A stretch of DNA of 64,000 nt from Neocallimastix sp. 'constans'. Its lineage: Eukaryota. The notes below the pieces were generated by a model. That model saw only the letters and a list, made by a program, of their open reading frames with translations. It was not told the origin of the DNA and made no database searches. Shown here in pieces: positions 1 through 11,809 of this stretch. The DNA lies in contig JBODTK010000001.1 of assembly GCA_050613775.1 (NCBI GenBank), positions 434,001 through 498,000 of the forward strand, written 5' to 3'. Position numbers and translations under genes: made by a program. How positions within the stretch are numbered: position 1 is the stretch's first letter; the number at the start of each line of letters is the position of its first letter.

Positions 1-800
1 AGTAATAATTTTTATTATATTTAATATTAATAAAATATTTAATAATTATTTTTATTAGATTTGATATTAATAAAAGATTTTAATAAGAATATTTAATAAT
101 AATTTTTATTATATTTAATATTAATAAAAGAATTTTATAAGAATATTTAATAATAATTTTTATTATAAAAGATTTTAATAAGAATATTTAATAATAATTT
201 TTATTATATTTGATATTAATAAAAGATTTTAATAAGAATATTTAATAATAATTTTTATTATTTTTGATATTAATAAAAGAAATTTATAAGAATATTTAAT
301 AATAATTTTTATTATATTTAATATTAATAAAAGATTTTTATTAGAATATTTAATAATAATTTTTATTATATTTGATATTAATAAAAGAAATTTATAAGAA
401 TATTTAATAATAATTTTTATTATATTTAATATTAATAAAAGAATTTTATAAGAATATTTAATAATAATTTTTATTATATTTGATATTAATAAAAGAAATT
501 TATAAGAATATTTAATAATAATTTTTATTATATTTAATATTAATAAAAGAATTTTATAAGAATATTTAATAATAATTTTTATTATATTTGATATTAATAA
601 AAGAATTTTATAAGAATATTTAATAATAATTTTTATTATATTTAATATTAATAAAAGAAATTTATAAGAATATTTAATAATAATTTTTATTATATTTAAT
701 ATTAATAAAAGAAATTTATAAGAATATTTAATAATAATTTTTATTATATTTGATATTAATAAAAGATTTTAATAAGAATATTTAATAATAATTTTATTTT
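1..800. repeat. 54-bp tandem repeat array, truncated by window start
   Basis: Unit aataataatttttattatattt(g/a)atattaataaaaga(a/t)tt(t)ataagaatattt recurs with period 54 (e.g. 361 and 415). Confidence 0.9.
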
Positions 801-847
801 ATTATTATTAAGAGTATTTAATAGGAAATACAAGGTATTTAGTGACA
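1..847. mobile_element. Possible end of a further LTR containing the 54-bp array
   Basis: Ends ...TTTAGTGACA (CA end) 13 bp before the insertion stack; other end lies outside the window. Confidence 0.3.
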
Positions 848-860
848 CCCCGTATTAAAA

Positions 861-1807
861 TGTAAGAAATAATAATTATTTATTAATAAATAATTACTAT
901 TTCTTAGTCTTTATAATTATTGATAATAATTATAAATTTATTTAAATTATAATTAATTCATACATTGAAATATTATTATCAAATTTATTAAAAATATAAT
1001 TATTCATACACTAAAATAATATTAAAAAATTTATTTAAATAACTATTATATATTCTTTTATTAATATTATTAATTTTATTTAGTTATTCATTTAATTATC
1101 AAGTTAATGTAAACATTAGTTTTATTTATTTTGTACATTGTACATTTAAAAGAACAATTAATAAGTTTCTGTATTTTTTAAAAATAGTTTTATGTTAATA
1201 AGTTTAGATTAGATTTTAAAAATAATATTTAGAAAATAGAATAATTTAGATCATTCCGGTTATTATTTATTTTTCCTTTTATTTGATGATCTAAATTAAA
1301 ATTTAGAAAATCGATATATTAAGGTTTTATCCAAATATAAAATAATATATTTGGTTTTACATAATATATACGATGATCGATATGAATAGAATATCGATCA
1401 AAACTTATCTAGTTTTTTCTTCTAATCTTTTTCTAGATAAGATAATTTTTAAGATTAGAAAAACTTTTTATTTAACCTTAATTTAATAAAAAAATATAAA
1501 AGGGCTCTTGATTTCTCTTTAAGAAATCAAGAGTTATTATTATAAAAATATAGTTATAATAATAGCAATTTTATATTTTAAACTTTAATAAATTAATAAA
1601 ACATTTTATTCAAAAACATATTTTTTAAAACAAATTTATTCAAATATTCCTTCTTTTGCTCTTTGTGTTGTTATTATAATTAATTTTATAATAAACTCGT
1701 TTTTAGGTAAAATTTTTATATTTATTTTATTTCTCAACTTAATGAATTAGTCATTAAGTTGAAGTTAATAATCATATTTAGTGATAGAACTTAGTATGAT
1801 TATTACA
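861..1807 (+). mobile_element. Solo-LTR-like unit A (family 3)
   Basis: TGTAAG...ATTACA termini; flanks taaaa/caaaa; homologous to 1813-2689 (inverted) and 10442-11440; no ORF. Confidence 0.75.
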
Positions 1808-1812
1808 CAAAA

Positions 1813-2689
1813 TGTAATAATTCTATTAAGAACTAACTCAAAATAGAATTATTAACTACAACTTAACGACTAATTCATTAAGTTGAGAAAATAAAATAAA
1901 ATAAATTTTTTTACCTTTAGAGTAGAGTTTATTATAAAATTAATTATAATAATAACACAAAAAGTAAGAAAAGAATTGTTTGTATAAATTGATTTTAAAA
2001 ATATGTTTTTGAATAAAATATTTTTATTAATTTATTAAAGTTAAAAATATAAAATTGTTACTATTATAACTATGTTTTTTATAATAATAACTCTTGATTT
2101 CTCAAAGAGAACTCAAGAGCCTTATTTATATTTTTTTATGAAAATAAGGTTAAATAAGAAAGGGTTTTCTAATCTTAACAAATCTCTTATCTAGGAAAAG
2201 ATTAGATAGAAAAACCTAGATAAGTTTTCGATCGATATTCTATCCATATCGATCATCGCATTAATTAAGTAAAACCGATTACTTCTAAAAAGTAATTGGA
2301 AAAAATCTTAATTAACCGATTTTCCAATCTAATGATCGAAAATAAAAGAATAAAATAATAAAAGATATTTCGATCATATAATTTATCCTTATATTAAAAA
2401 TATAAAATTAAATAGTTAATAAAATACAGAATACATTATAAAATACAGAATACATTATAAAATACAGAATAAAATACAATACAAAATACATTAGTTACAG
2501 TAGAGAATTTAACATATTGTAAATATATTATTTAAAATTAATTAAATAAATTTTGTTAAATTAATGAATATTTAAAATTAAATTAAATAAATTTAATAAA
2601 TATTATATGTAATTAAATAAAGTTATAGTTATAATAACTTAACTAAGAAAATATAATTATTTGTTAGCAAATAATTATAGATTCTTACA
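1813..2689 (-). mobile_element. Solo-LTR-like unit B (family 3), inverted
   Basis: Reverse-complement homolog of units A and C; perfect 5-bp TSD CAAAA (1808-1812 / 2690-2694). Confidence 0.8.
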
Positions 2690-2695
2690 CAAAAA

Positions 2696-3256
2696 TGGTA
2701 CGTTATTTTTATATATTGTACCTTTTATATGATTTGGGGAAAGCAAGTTGTAAAATTATAAAATAATATATTCTAATAAAAGAAATAAATAAAAAAATTA
2801 TAACACAAAATTAATAATAAATTTTTAATAAATAATAATGTGTTACTTTTAAGTCTTTATTTTATTTATAAGTTTTGTTCTTTAAATAAGTACATTTAAT
2901 TTTATTATAACTTTATTATATCTTTAAATTTATATTTTAATAATAATATTAACCAAAATATCCTAAATATTTATTCACCCGAATAAATATTTTATAATTC
3001 CTATTCTAACTATTATATTCTTTTAAAGATATTAAATTATTAAGTTCCTCCTTTGTTAATATTTTATCTTTCACTTATTTTTATACTATAATTTATCTTA
3101 ATTCTTATTGGTTATCTATTAATTAAAATTATTTTTATTAATATTATAATTTTATATACTAATTAAACCTTATACCTATTATAATAAAATAACTAAAGAA
3201 TTATTTATTTTCTTATATTTTTAATAATTTATTCTATTTTAGTGAGTAACGTACCA
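2696..3256 (-). repeat. 3' LTR of element 1
   Basis: Direct repeat of 9878-10438 with one substitution noticed; 10-bp terminal inverted repeat. Confidence 0.95.
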
Positions 3257-3272
3257 AGACGCCCCCACTTTG
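3257..3272 (-). promoter_or_regulatory. Polypurine tract of element 1
   Basis: Minus strand AAAGTGGGGGCGTCT abuts the 3' LTR. Confidence 0.75.
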
Positions 3273-3504
3273 TCTAGACTTCGTCCCTTGAAGTCGTGAT
3301 TTATGGATATAATGGATAAAATTAAAAAAAATGTTATTATATTCTTTAAATATTTTTTTTTTTTTTTTTTTTTTTTTTATATTTGAACTATATAACTATA
3401 TAAATTTTTTTTTTTTTTTTTATATTATATATATACAATTTCATGCAATAATGTACATGTATACATTACATATATGTAATTTTATATTATATTGTATATG
3501 CATA

Positions 3505-3561
<57 letters not shown>

Positions 3562-3947
3562 TAAGTAAATTGTAAAATTATGTTATATTGTTTATAAAAT
3601 TTTATAAAATTATATACTTGTTTACTAATTTAATTTATATATATTCTGTCTATATATCTTTGTATATTTTAATATTATATTTTACTATTCTATTTTACTA
3701 TTCTATTTTACTATTCTATTTTACTATTATATTTTACTATTATATTTTACTATTCTATTTTACTATTATTTTTTTTACTATTATATTTTACTATTATATT
3801 TTACTATTATAATCTATTATTATATTTTTATTATATTTTATTATTTATATCTAATAAAAGAAATTGCTGGATTAGAAATGTGAATTAATTTATTAAACTT
3901 TTCAACAATAGCTAAATGTTTATTTTTGTAAGTTGAAATTCAAACGC

Positions 3948-3980
<33 letters not shown>

Positions 3981-4085
3981 TCGTTATCTATATTCTGAAA
4001 ATTATATAATTGTATTATTTATCTATCTCTATAATTTTTTTTTTAAAGCGTGTTATTGTCAGGAAGTTATAGGTTGTATTAAAAT

Positions 4086-4142
<57 letters not shown>

Positions 4143-4335
4143 TAAAAACCATATTTATTTTATATATATTATTTTTTAATTTATAATTGATAATAAATAT
4201 TAATAAATAAAAAAAAAAAATTCTTATGTAAATATTATTATTATTTTATCTACTTATTAAAAAAAACTTGCTATAAATATTGTTTTAATTATTTAATAAT
4301 TATTGTAAATATATTTATATTATCTGATAAGTATC

Positions 4336-7300
4336 TTAGTCTTCATTTGTGAGGTTTAGTTCCGTAAAGTATGGAATAATATTCTTCAGGTGGATATTAC
4401 GTTCTGCTAGTTCACCAGTCGTTGGGTCGCATACTGTCACTGTGTTTAATTCTCTTTTAACAATTTGTAATGGTCCTGTGAAGAATGGGTCTAGCTTCGT
4501 TCGATTAAATACTTTCACTAATACTAAGTCCCCTGGTTTATAGTCACTTCTCATTCTTTTGATTTGTTTCCTTCTATCGGACCAAAGTTTGTTTGCGGTT
4601 TCAATATTTCTTATGGCTTCCTTTATCCACTTATCATGTATCAAAAATTTTCTGAGCCAGTACTCTTCATCACTTTCCCATTCATTTTTCTTTTCAATAT
4701 TAATGGATAATTCGAAAGGTTGTATATCCCTCCTTCCATACAATAATTCGAAGCTACTGTGTTTTGTAACTTCACTTTTACAAGTACGTAGTGCCCATAA
4801 AGCACTATGTAAAGTCTCATCCCAATGCTTATCTTTTTTTCCCAGGATTCGTAGATACTTCCCAATTTCTTTGTTTCTGTTTTCAACTTCTCCATTCGAG
4901 GCTGGATGGTAAGTTGAAATATAGTGAACATAAACATCGTGTAGATCTAAGAATGCTTTTGTTTTATCTGCGGTGAACTGTGGACCATTGTCTGTTACCA
5001 GTATCTCAGGGATACCATGTCTTGAGAATACTTTCTTTAAAAAGTTTATCACGTCATCTGCTTCCGATGTTACTAATGGTTCAGCCTCTACCCATTTGGT
5101 TAAATAGTCAACTAGAACAATTATAAATCTATTACCTCTTGGAGTTTCTGGTAGGGGTCCAATTAAATCGAGTCCAACTCTTGAGAAAGGGTATCCTGGA
5201 GGAGTGGCATTATCTTCTGGAAATTGATTTAATGTTTGTGGCTTACATGTTTGGCATTTGTAACAACATCGAATATAATTATTAATATCCTTTTTCATAT
5301 TTTTCCAATAATAATCTCTTTTTAGTCTGTTGTATGTTTTATATACTCCCTCATGGCCAATTTGATGAGCTTGATCAATTAATGTTAATTTTTCTTCTAT
5401 GCTTTTCACTATGTACCTTAATTTATCGCCTTGTTTATAATATTCTTTGCCATCAATAATTATTATTCTTTTTTTGATATAATTTTCTATAAATTTATTA
5501 ATACTATTACTATTATTATTATTATTATCACTTATACCATTATCACTATTATCAACTTCATTATTATTGTTATATATAATATTTATTGTTTCTTTAGGTT
5601 TATCAGAAGTTTCCAATCTAGACAGAGCATCAGCTATGACATTCTTCCTCCCCTCTTGATATTCGACTTTAACATTCAAGATGGATAATTCCGTAACCCA
5701 TTTGAGATGTCTACTATTGGTAGGTTCACGATTATTAAATATACCAACAAGCGGTTTATGGTCAGTATAAACTATAGTTATAAAAGAATTACCAGTGATA
5801 AATTGTTTAAATTTCTGAACACAATGGAAGACAGCTTTACCTTCCAGGTCAGTAATACTATAATTTTCTTCCGATTTACTTAATGATCTACTTTCATAAA
5901 AAATAGGAACCTCAAGATTATTTTTATCTCGTTGTAGAAGAACACCTCTTAGTCCATCTCTAGAAGCATCGGTACGTATAATAAATGGTTTAGAAAAATC
6001 TGGGGGAGTTAATATAGGTGCTTGTATTAATTTATTTTTTAATTCTTCAAATGCTTTAATACACTCTTCGGAAAAGTTAAATATCGAGTTCTTCTTTAAA
6101 AGGTAAAACAATGGTTCTGCTATTTGAGCAAAATTTTTAATAAATTTGTGATAATATCCTATAGCACCAAGAAAAGATTTAAGTTGTGTAGTATTTTTAG
6201 GTGGTAACCAATTAACAATTGTTTTTACTTTTTCAGGAATAGGAGAAATACCATCTGTCGAGAGCTTGTGACCAAGTAGTGAAACTTCTTTTTTAAAGAA
6301 TGAACATTTTTCCAAATTAATTTTTAATCCATTGTCTTTTAGTATCTTAAAAACACGACGTAAGTGTAAAATATGTTCATTTATATCTTTAGAAAATATA
6401 ACTATATCATCAATATAAATAAATACACATTCACCGATTAATTCAAAAAATATTTTGTTCATTTCTCTCTGAAAGGTTGCTGGGGCGTTACATAAACCAA
6501 ATGGCATTACTCTGAAGTTGTAATTGCCATACATTGTGGTAAATGCAGTCTTTTCTTTATCTTCGGGAGCCATTGGGATTTGGTGGTATCCTGAAAAAAG
6601 GTCAATCGTAGACAGGATTTGTGAATTATTTCCGATTTGCAAAAGAATTTCATCGATTAAAGGTAATGAATATGAATCTTTAATTGTTATATTGTTTAAT
6701 TTACGGTAATCAACGCACATTCTCCAATCTTTATTATTCTTTTTAGGTACTAAGACAACAGGAAAGGACCAGGCAGAGAAAGACGGTTCAATCAACCGAT
6801 TATTGATTAAAAATGTAAGTATTTCTTTGAGAGCCATAGATTGAGCTTTAGAAAGTTTATATGCTTTCAGTTTTATTGGTTTAGCATTTGGAATTAAATT
6901 AATTCTATGTGGTAATAATTTAGAAGTTCCAAGGTCATCAGTCTTCACAGCTAATATGTCTTTAAAAATTTCGAATAACTCTTTTATAGAGTTCTTATGT
7001 TCACTAGGTACGGCATTAATAATATCATTTATTAGATTTTCTTTAACATTAATAGTTTGTTCTAATTGTTTATCTTTATTCTGAATAACTATAGTAAGTA
7101 GTAAGGGTGTAGATGCATTTGTGTTTTCTTTATTAATTTCTTCTCCTGAGTCAATTGGGTTTTTCAGATTAATATCGTAGTAAAGGTCAGCTAATTTCTT
7201 GTAAGTATTATCTTCATTAATATAATATAATGAGTCATTAACTAGGTTAATATCAAACCTATTTTTCTTTAATGAATCAACTCCAATTAGAATGTCGAAA

Positions 7301-8469
7301 AGGTCATCTTTTTCAATTACTCTAAAATAATCTTGGAAAGTCTTGTCTCCTATAGTTATTTCTAGCTCATATATTTCGGATTCAATTGTCGAGTTTGAAC
7401 AAGCTTGAAAAATAGTTTCTGAGATTCTTCCTATGGCAGGTTTGTTTATATTATATTTTTCTAAAGCAGATCTTGTAATAGCATTAACACTAGCGCAAGT
7501 ATCTAAAAATATCTCACAATTGGTATTTTCAACTTTTCCTTTTACTTTAATTATTTTAAATTTATTAACTATTGTCATCACATTATTAATAGCATTACTT
7601 TTAGGAGTAAGCTTCAAAGCTTTACTAAATGCTGTTCTGAATTTTGGGAATAGATCAAGTAAGTATCCTAATTTAGTAATAACTTCAGTAGATGCAACTT
7701 CTTTTAATAGATCTTGTATTAAATAATCATCAAATTGTTCTATTAATTTAATATGTTTTTCTTTAGATTCTTTGTTGTTACTTAAAGAAGGTGGAGATTT
7801 CTTTGCATTTTCTATAATATCCTTAATTCTTTCTTCATGATTGTTTCTTTTACTCGTTCTAATATTCTTCTCGGCTATAATTGAAGGATCTAAGTACTCC
7901 AATTTTTCGGTTTGATTACTATTAGAGGTAGTTTTATTATTTTTATCTAAAGTAGTATTCTTATCTACTGTATTTGTAGACTTATTTTTATTAATTTCAT
8001 TATTTTGTATACTATCTTCAATATCATCTTTAATCATAATTACATCTTCAATTGGTAAAGTATTAGTTTCCATATTTTGATCCTTTTGGTTATGCACCTT
8101 TTTTCCTTCATTAAGACAAGCATCATATTTGTTGTTATGTCTCATAGCTGCTGTTTGAATCGGCGTCGGATTATTCTTTAATGTATCATTGGATTTCTCT
8201 TTATTATAAGGAATGGAACTTACGTTTTTTTCTTTTTGTTTTCTGACAGCTGGTGCAAGAACTTCAATTGGTTTATTAATATGTAAAGGTTGATAATTTG
8301 TAATTGATTTATTATGGTTATTCATATTATTATTATTAATATATTTATTATTAATATTGTTACTATTATTATTAATATTTCTATTATGATGATAACAATT
8401 ATTAGCATTGTCTTCCATGTGGTTGGTTTGTTTACTGGAAGTCATCCTTCTCCCATTTAGTGGTTTAAA
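4336..8469 (-). CDS. pol: Pol polyprotein of element 1 (protease, RT, RNase H, integrase), probably made by -1 frameshift
   Basis: LDTCAS protease, MPFGLCNAP/YIDD RT, TDAS/TDHKPL RNase H, HHCC, DLIGP/TDNG/E integrase, GPY/F-like TGPLQIV; no chromodomain; frame open up to the slippery site. Confidence 0.95.
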   Translation of the reverse strand, partial: FKPLNGRRMTSSKQTNHMEDNANNCYHHNRNINNNSNNINNKYINNNNMNNHNKSITNYQPLHINKPIEVLAPAVRKQKEKNVSSIPYNKEKSNDTLKNNPTPIQTAAMRHNNKYDACLNEGKKVHNQKDQNMETNTLPIEDVIMIKDDIEDSIQNNEINKNKSTNTVDKNTTLDKNNKTTSNSNQTEKLEYLDPSIIAEKNIRTSKRNNHEERIKDIIENAKKSPPSLSNNKESKEKHIKLIEQFDDYLIQDLLKEVASTEVITKLGYLLDLFPKFRTAFSKALKLTPKSNAINNVMTIVNKFKIIKVKGKVENTNCEIFLDTCASVNAITRSALEKYNINKPAIGRISETIFQACSNSTIESEIYELEITIGDKTFQDYFRVIEKDDLFDILIGVDSLKKNRFDINLVNDSLYYINEDNTYKKLADLYYDINLKNPIDSGEEINKENTNASTPLLLTIVIQNKDKQLEQTINVKENLINDIINAVPSEHKNSIKELFEIFKDILAVKTDDLGTSKLLPHRINLIPNAKPIKLKAYKLSKAQSMALKEILTFLINNRLIEPSFSAWSFPVVLVPKKNNKDWRMCVDYRKLNNITIKDSYSLPLIDEILLQIGNNSQILSTIDLFSGYHQIPMAPEDKEKTAFTTMYGNYNFRVMPFGLCNAPATFQREMNKIFFELIGECVFIYIDDIVIFSKDINEHILHLRRVFKILKDNGLKINLEKCSFFKKEVSLLGHKLSTDGISPIPEKVKTIVNWLPPKNTTQLKSFLGAIGYYHKFIKNFAQIAEPLFYLLKKNSIFNFSEECIKAFEELKNKLIQAPILTPPDFSKPFIIRTDASRDGLRGVLLQRDKNNLEVPIFYESRSLSKSEENYSITDLEGKAVFHCVQKFKQFITGNSFITIVYTDHKPLVGIFNNREPTNSRHLKWVTELSILNVKVEYQEGRKNVIADALSRLETSDKPKETINIIYNNNNEVDNSDNGISDNNNNNSNSINKFIENYIKKRIIIIDGKEYYKQGDKLRYIVKSIEEKLTLIDQAHQIGHEGVYKTYNRLKRDYYWKNMKKDINNYIRCCYKCQTCKPQTLNQFPEDNATPPGYPFSRVGLDLIGPLPETPRGNRFIIVLVDYLTKWVEAEPLVTSEADDVINFLKKVFSRHGIPEILVTDNGPQFTADKTKAFLDLHDVYVHYISTYHPASNGEVENRNKEIGKYLRILGKKDKHWDETLHSALWALRTCKSEVTKHSSFELLYGRRDIQPFELSINIEKKNEWESDEEYWLRKFLIHDKWIKEAIRNIETANKLWSDRRKQIKRMRSDYKPGDLVLVKVFNRTKLDPFFTGPLQIVKRELNTVTVCDPTTGELAERNIHLKNIIPYFTELNLTNED

Positions 8470-9638
8470 GATTTGTTGATCATTCCCCTTTCTTCCATTT
8501 CCGCTAATTGTTTGAACGAATAGGGGCAGTTTGAAGCCTTATGCCCATTTTGGAAACAACGGAAACAAGTAGTTTTCCTATTTTGGTAGTCTTTATTAAA
8601 ACTTTTATTATATTCCTTATTTGGAATAACCCCTGGATTTCTATTTATGGTAGTTGTAAGTATATTAGCATCAATACTGTTATTATTGTCATATACGTTA
8701 CTATTTTGAGAAACTGCGGTAGCTATATTGTTGGTATTGTTATCGTTACTAATATTATTGTTTTTATAATTGTAATTAGAGTTATTACTATTTTGTATTC
8801 TATTAGGTAAATAATTATAATTATAGTTGTTGTTATCCATGATATTATTCATATTTTGATTGACGTTAGTATTATAATTATTATTGAGGTTCATAAATCT
8901 TGAACCATTACTAAAGTTTCGGTTGTTCCTTCTAAAAGGTGGACGAAAATTATTATTGTAAACATTTCTATTAGTATTTTGATTTATATTATGTTGATAA
9001 GAAGGTTCTCCATAAAAATTCTGATAAAATGGGTGGTTTATTATAGGACTATCCAAATTTTGCACAAACATTAAATTAGATCTATTTTTATTATTATCTT
9101 GCCCAATATTACTGATTATTTCTTTTTCAGCTTCTTCGGATACTTCAGCTACCTTAAAAGCTTCAGATAAAGTTTCGCATTCGGTTGTCATAACTCTTGA
9201 ACAAGGAAAGACCCGTGTACTTATAGCAGTAGTATAGTCCTTTATTGAAATTAGTTTTTGATATTCTCTTGGTAGGCCTTTATATAATATTTTGTATCTA
9301 TGATTAAATTTTTTAATAGTTTCTTTATTATTAATTTTTAATGATTTTAATACTGCACATTTATCATTTGGTGTGATGTGCAAGTACTCCTCAACAGCAG
9401 CTTGGATTTCTTTGAAGCTGGGATATCTAACTTCGTTTCCATTCTTACTTTTTAAAGAGTTTAAGGCCCCATGCATGTCTTCTTCGACTGCTTCTTTGGC
9501 CCAGACAAAAATTCTTCTTGGTTCCACAACATCGTAGAGCTCCATCACTCTGACGAATTCATGCATCCATCCATCAACATCTTTTCCATAGTCGATGAGA
9601 TTTGGTAATGCTTTCTGTAATTTGGCAGCGTCAATCAT
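8457..9638 (-). CDS. gag: Gag of element 1
   Basis: 393-aa ORF upstream of pol with CCHC knuckle CFRCFQNGHKASNC. Confidence 0.9.
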   Translation of the reverse strand: MIDAAKLQKALPNLIDYGKDVDGWMHEFVRVMELYDVVEPRRIFVWAKEAVEEDMHGALNSLKSKNGNEVRYPSFKEIQAAVEEYLHITPNDKCAVLKSLKINNKETIKKFNHRYKILYKGLPREYQKLISIKDYTTAISTRVFPCSRVMTTECETLSEAFKVAEVSEEAEKEIISNIGQDNNKNRSNLMFVQNLDSPIINHPFYQNFYGEPSYQHNINQNTNRNVYNNNFRPPFRRNNRNFSNGSRFMNLNNNYNTNVNQNMNNIMDNNNYNYNYLPNRIQNSNNSNYNYKNNNISNDNNTNNIATAVSQNSNVYDNNNSIDANILTTTINRNPGVIPNKEYNKSFNKDYQNRKTTCFRCFQNGHKASNCPYSFKQLAEMEERGMINKSLNH

Positions 9639-9856
9639 GATAAATAGAATTTATTAAAAAAAGTAATATAAAATAGTTATATTTATTTATAATATAATAA
9701 TTGTTTTGTAAAAAAAAATGAAGAAATAAAAAATAAAATTTGTTTTATAATAATATAATAAATGCTTTTGTACTATAAATATATAAAATAAAAAAATGAA
9801 TGAATTAAAGTAAAGTAATTTCTCTTATTATTTTCATATTATTTTATCTTGCTTCC

Positions 9857-9873
9857 GCCCGGATTCTCCACCA
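9857..9873 (-). promoter_or_regulatory. Primer-binding site of element 1 (tRNA-Ala type, different isoacceptor from the local gene)
   Basis: Minus strand TGGTGGAGAATCCGGGC, 4 nt from the LTR; complementary to an ...ATTCTCCACCA tRNA end typical of tRNA-Ala. Confidence 0.75.
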
Positions 9874-9877
9874 ATTT

Positions 9878-10438
9878 TGGTACGTTATTTTTATATATTG
9901 TACCTTTTATATGATTTGGGGAAAGCAAGTTGTAAAATTATAAAATAATATATTCTAATAAAAGAAATAAATAAAAAAATTATAACACAAAATTAATAAT
10001 AAATTTTTAATAAATAATAATGTGTTACTTTCAAGTCTTTATTTTATTTATAAGTTTTGTTCTTTAAATAAGTACATTTAATTTTATTATAACTTTATTA
10101 TATCTTTAAATTTATATTTTAATAATAATATTAACCAAAATATCCTAAATATTTATTCACCCGAATAAATATTTTATAATTCCTATTCTAACTATTATAT
10201 TCTTTTAAAGATATTAAATTATTAAGTTCCTCCTTTGTTAATATTTTATCTTTCACTTATTTTTATACTATAATTTATCTTAATTCTTATTGGTTATCTA
10301 TTAATTAAAATTATTTTTATTAATATTATAATTTTATATACTAATTAAACCTTATACCTATTATAATAAAATAACTAAAGAATTATTTATTTTCTTATAT
10401 TTTTAATAATTTATTCTATTTTAGTGAGTAACGTACCA
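9878..10438 (-). repeat. 5' LTR of element 1
   Basis: Direct repeat of 2696-3256. Confidence 0.95.
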
Positions 10439-10441
10439 AAA

Positions 10442-11440
10442 TGTAAGAATCTATAATTATTTTTAACAAAATAATTATATTTTCTTAGTTAGGTTATAAT
10501 TAATATAACTTTTATTTAGCTCATATTTCATTTATACAATTAATTATAATTAATAATTTATTTAATTATATATTAAAATTTTATTTAGTTTAATATTAAA
10601 AATTTATTTAATCAAATAATTTTTATACATTTAAAATAATATTAAATTTATTTAATTATTCACTTAATTATTAAATTTATTAGTTTTAGTTTTCTCTCAC
10701 TTATTAAATCATAAACTAAAACACTATTCTGTATTTTATCATGTATTCTGTATTCTATCATGTATTCTGTATTGTATTAATCATGTATTTTATTATTAAT
10801 GTATTGTTTTATATTTTTTATGTAAAGTTCTATAAAATAGAACTAAATAGATTAAATTTTAAATTTTATGATCGAAATAATTTTCATTATTTTATTCTTT
10901 TATTTTCGATCATTATATTAGATTAAGTAATCGGTTAATTAAGGTTTTTCCAATTACTTCTTAAAAGTAATCGGTTTTACTTAATTAACGCGATGATCGA
11001 TATGGATAGAATATCGATCAAAAAACTTATCTAGGTTTTTCTTCTAGTCTTTTCCTAGATAAGAGATTTGTTAAGATTAGAACCCCTTTTGATTTTAACC
11101 TTATTTTGACAAAAAAGTATAAATAAGGCTCTTGAGTTCTCTTTGAGAAATCAAGAGTTATTATTATAACAATTATAATATAATAATAATAACAATAAGT
11201 TTTAACATTTAAAATTTTTAATAAATAATAAAACAAATTATTTTAATAAAACAAATTTTATAATTAAAACTTTTCCTTATCAATTTTAGTGTTTCGTCTA
11301 TTATAATTCGTTATAATAAACTCGATAATTAGAAAGAACCATAGGTAAGTATGATTCTTTTCTAAACCTTTAATATTAGCAGTTAGAGCTAATATTAATG
11401 ATTAATAATTTAATTATAATTTTTTAATTAAATTATTACA
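10442..11440 (+). mobile_element. Solo-LTR-like unit C (family 3)
   Basis: TGTAAGAATC...ATTACA; homologous to A and B with a divergent 3' end; A-run flanks. Confidence 0.8.
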
Positions 11441-11446
11441 AAAAAA

Positions 11447-11750
11447 TGTTAGGGTTTTAGAGAATTAAATAAAAATAAAGTAAGGAAACACAAATTTTAT
11501 TTATTTATTTATTTTATTTATTTATTTTATTAAATTTATTTGATGATATTTAAAAATTAGTAGCAAAATTTACAACTATTTATACTTTTTTCAAGGCATA
11601 AAAGTTGTTCTTGCCACTAAATTACATTTTATTTATTTTTTTTTTTTTTTTTTTTATAAAAACTATTAAATTTAAATTGATTTTTATAATTAATTATATA
11701 AAATTTAATTATAACAATATAAATAAAATACATTTATAATATTAATAAAA

Positions 11751-11809
<59 letters not shown>

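Larger units (their letters stand above)
2696..10438 (-). mobile_element. Full-length Ty3/gypsy LTR retrotransposon, element 1
   Basis: 561-bp direct LTRs (TGGTACGTTA...TAACGTACCA), PBS, PPT, gag and PR-RT-RH-IN pol. Confidence 0.97.

Noticed and set aside
1..800. CRISPR-like array (also 17411-17602 and 61620-61885)
   Set aside because: No unique spacers, no cas genes, eukaryotic context.
2225..2260. Hammerhead-like CGATGA-stem-GAAAAC in the solo-LTR core (minus strand)
   Set aside because: Lacks CUGAUGA, the GA is part of the stem, and copies A and C have CAAAA rather than GAAA.
861..2689. One large foldback or TIR transposon
   Set aside because: The arms are diverged, each has its own TG...CA ends, unit B has its own TSD, and a third copy stands alone.
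3331..3812. Short hydrophobic ORFs in the element 1 3' region as an env-like gene
   Set aside because: Antisense, derived from poly-T and low-complexity sequence.
4349..8810. Small ORFs overlapping gag, pol and similarly the ankyrin genes
   Set aside because: Shadow or alternative-frame ORFs with no motifs.
11447..11460. TTAGGG at the element 2 LTR end as telomeric sequence
   Set aside because: Single hexamer at an ordinary LTR terminus.
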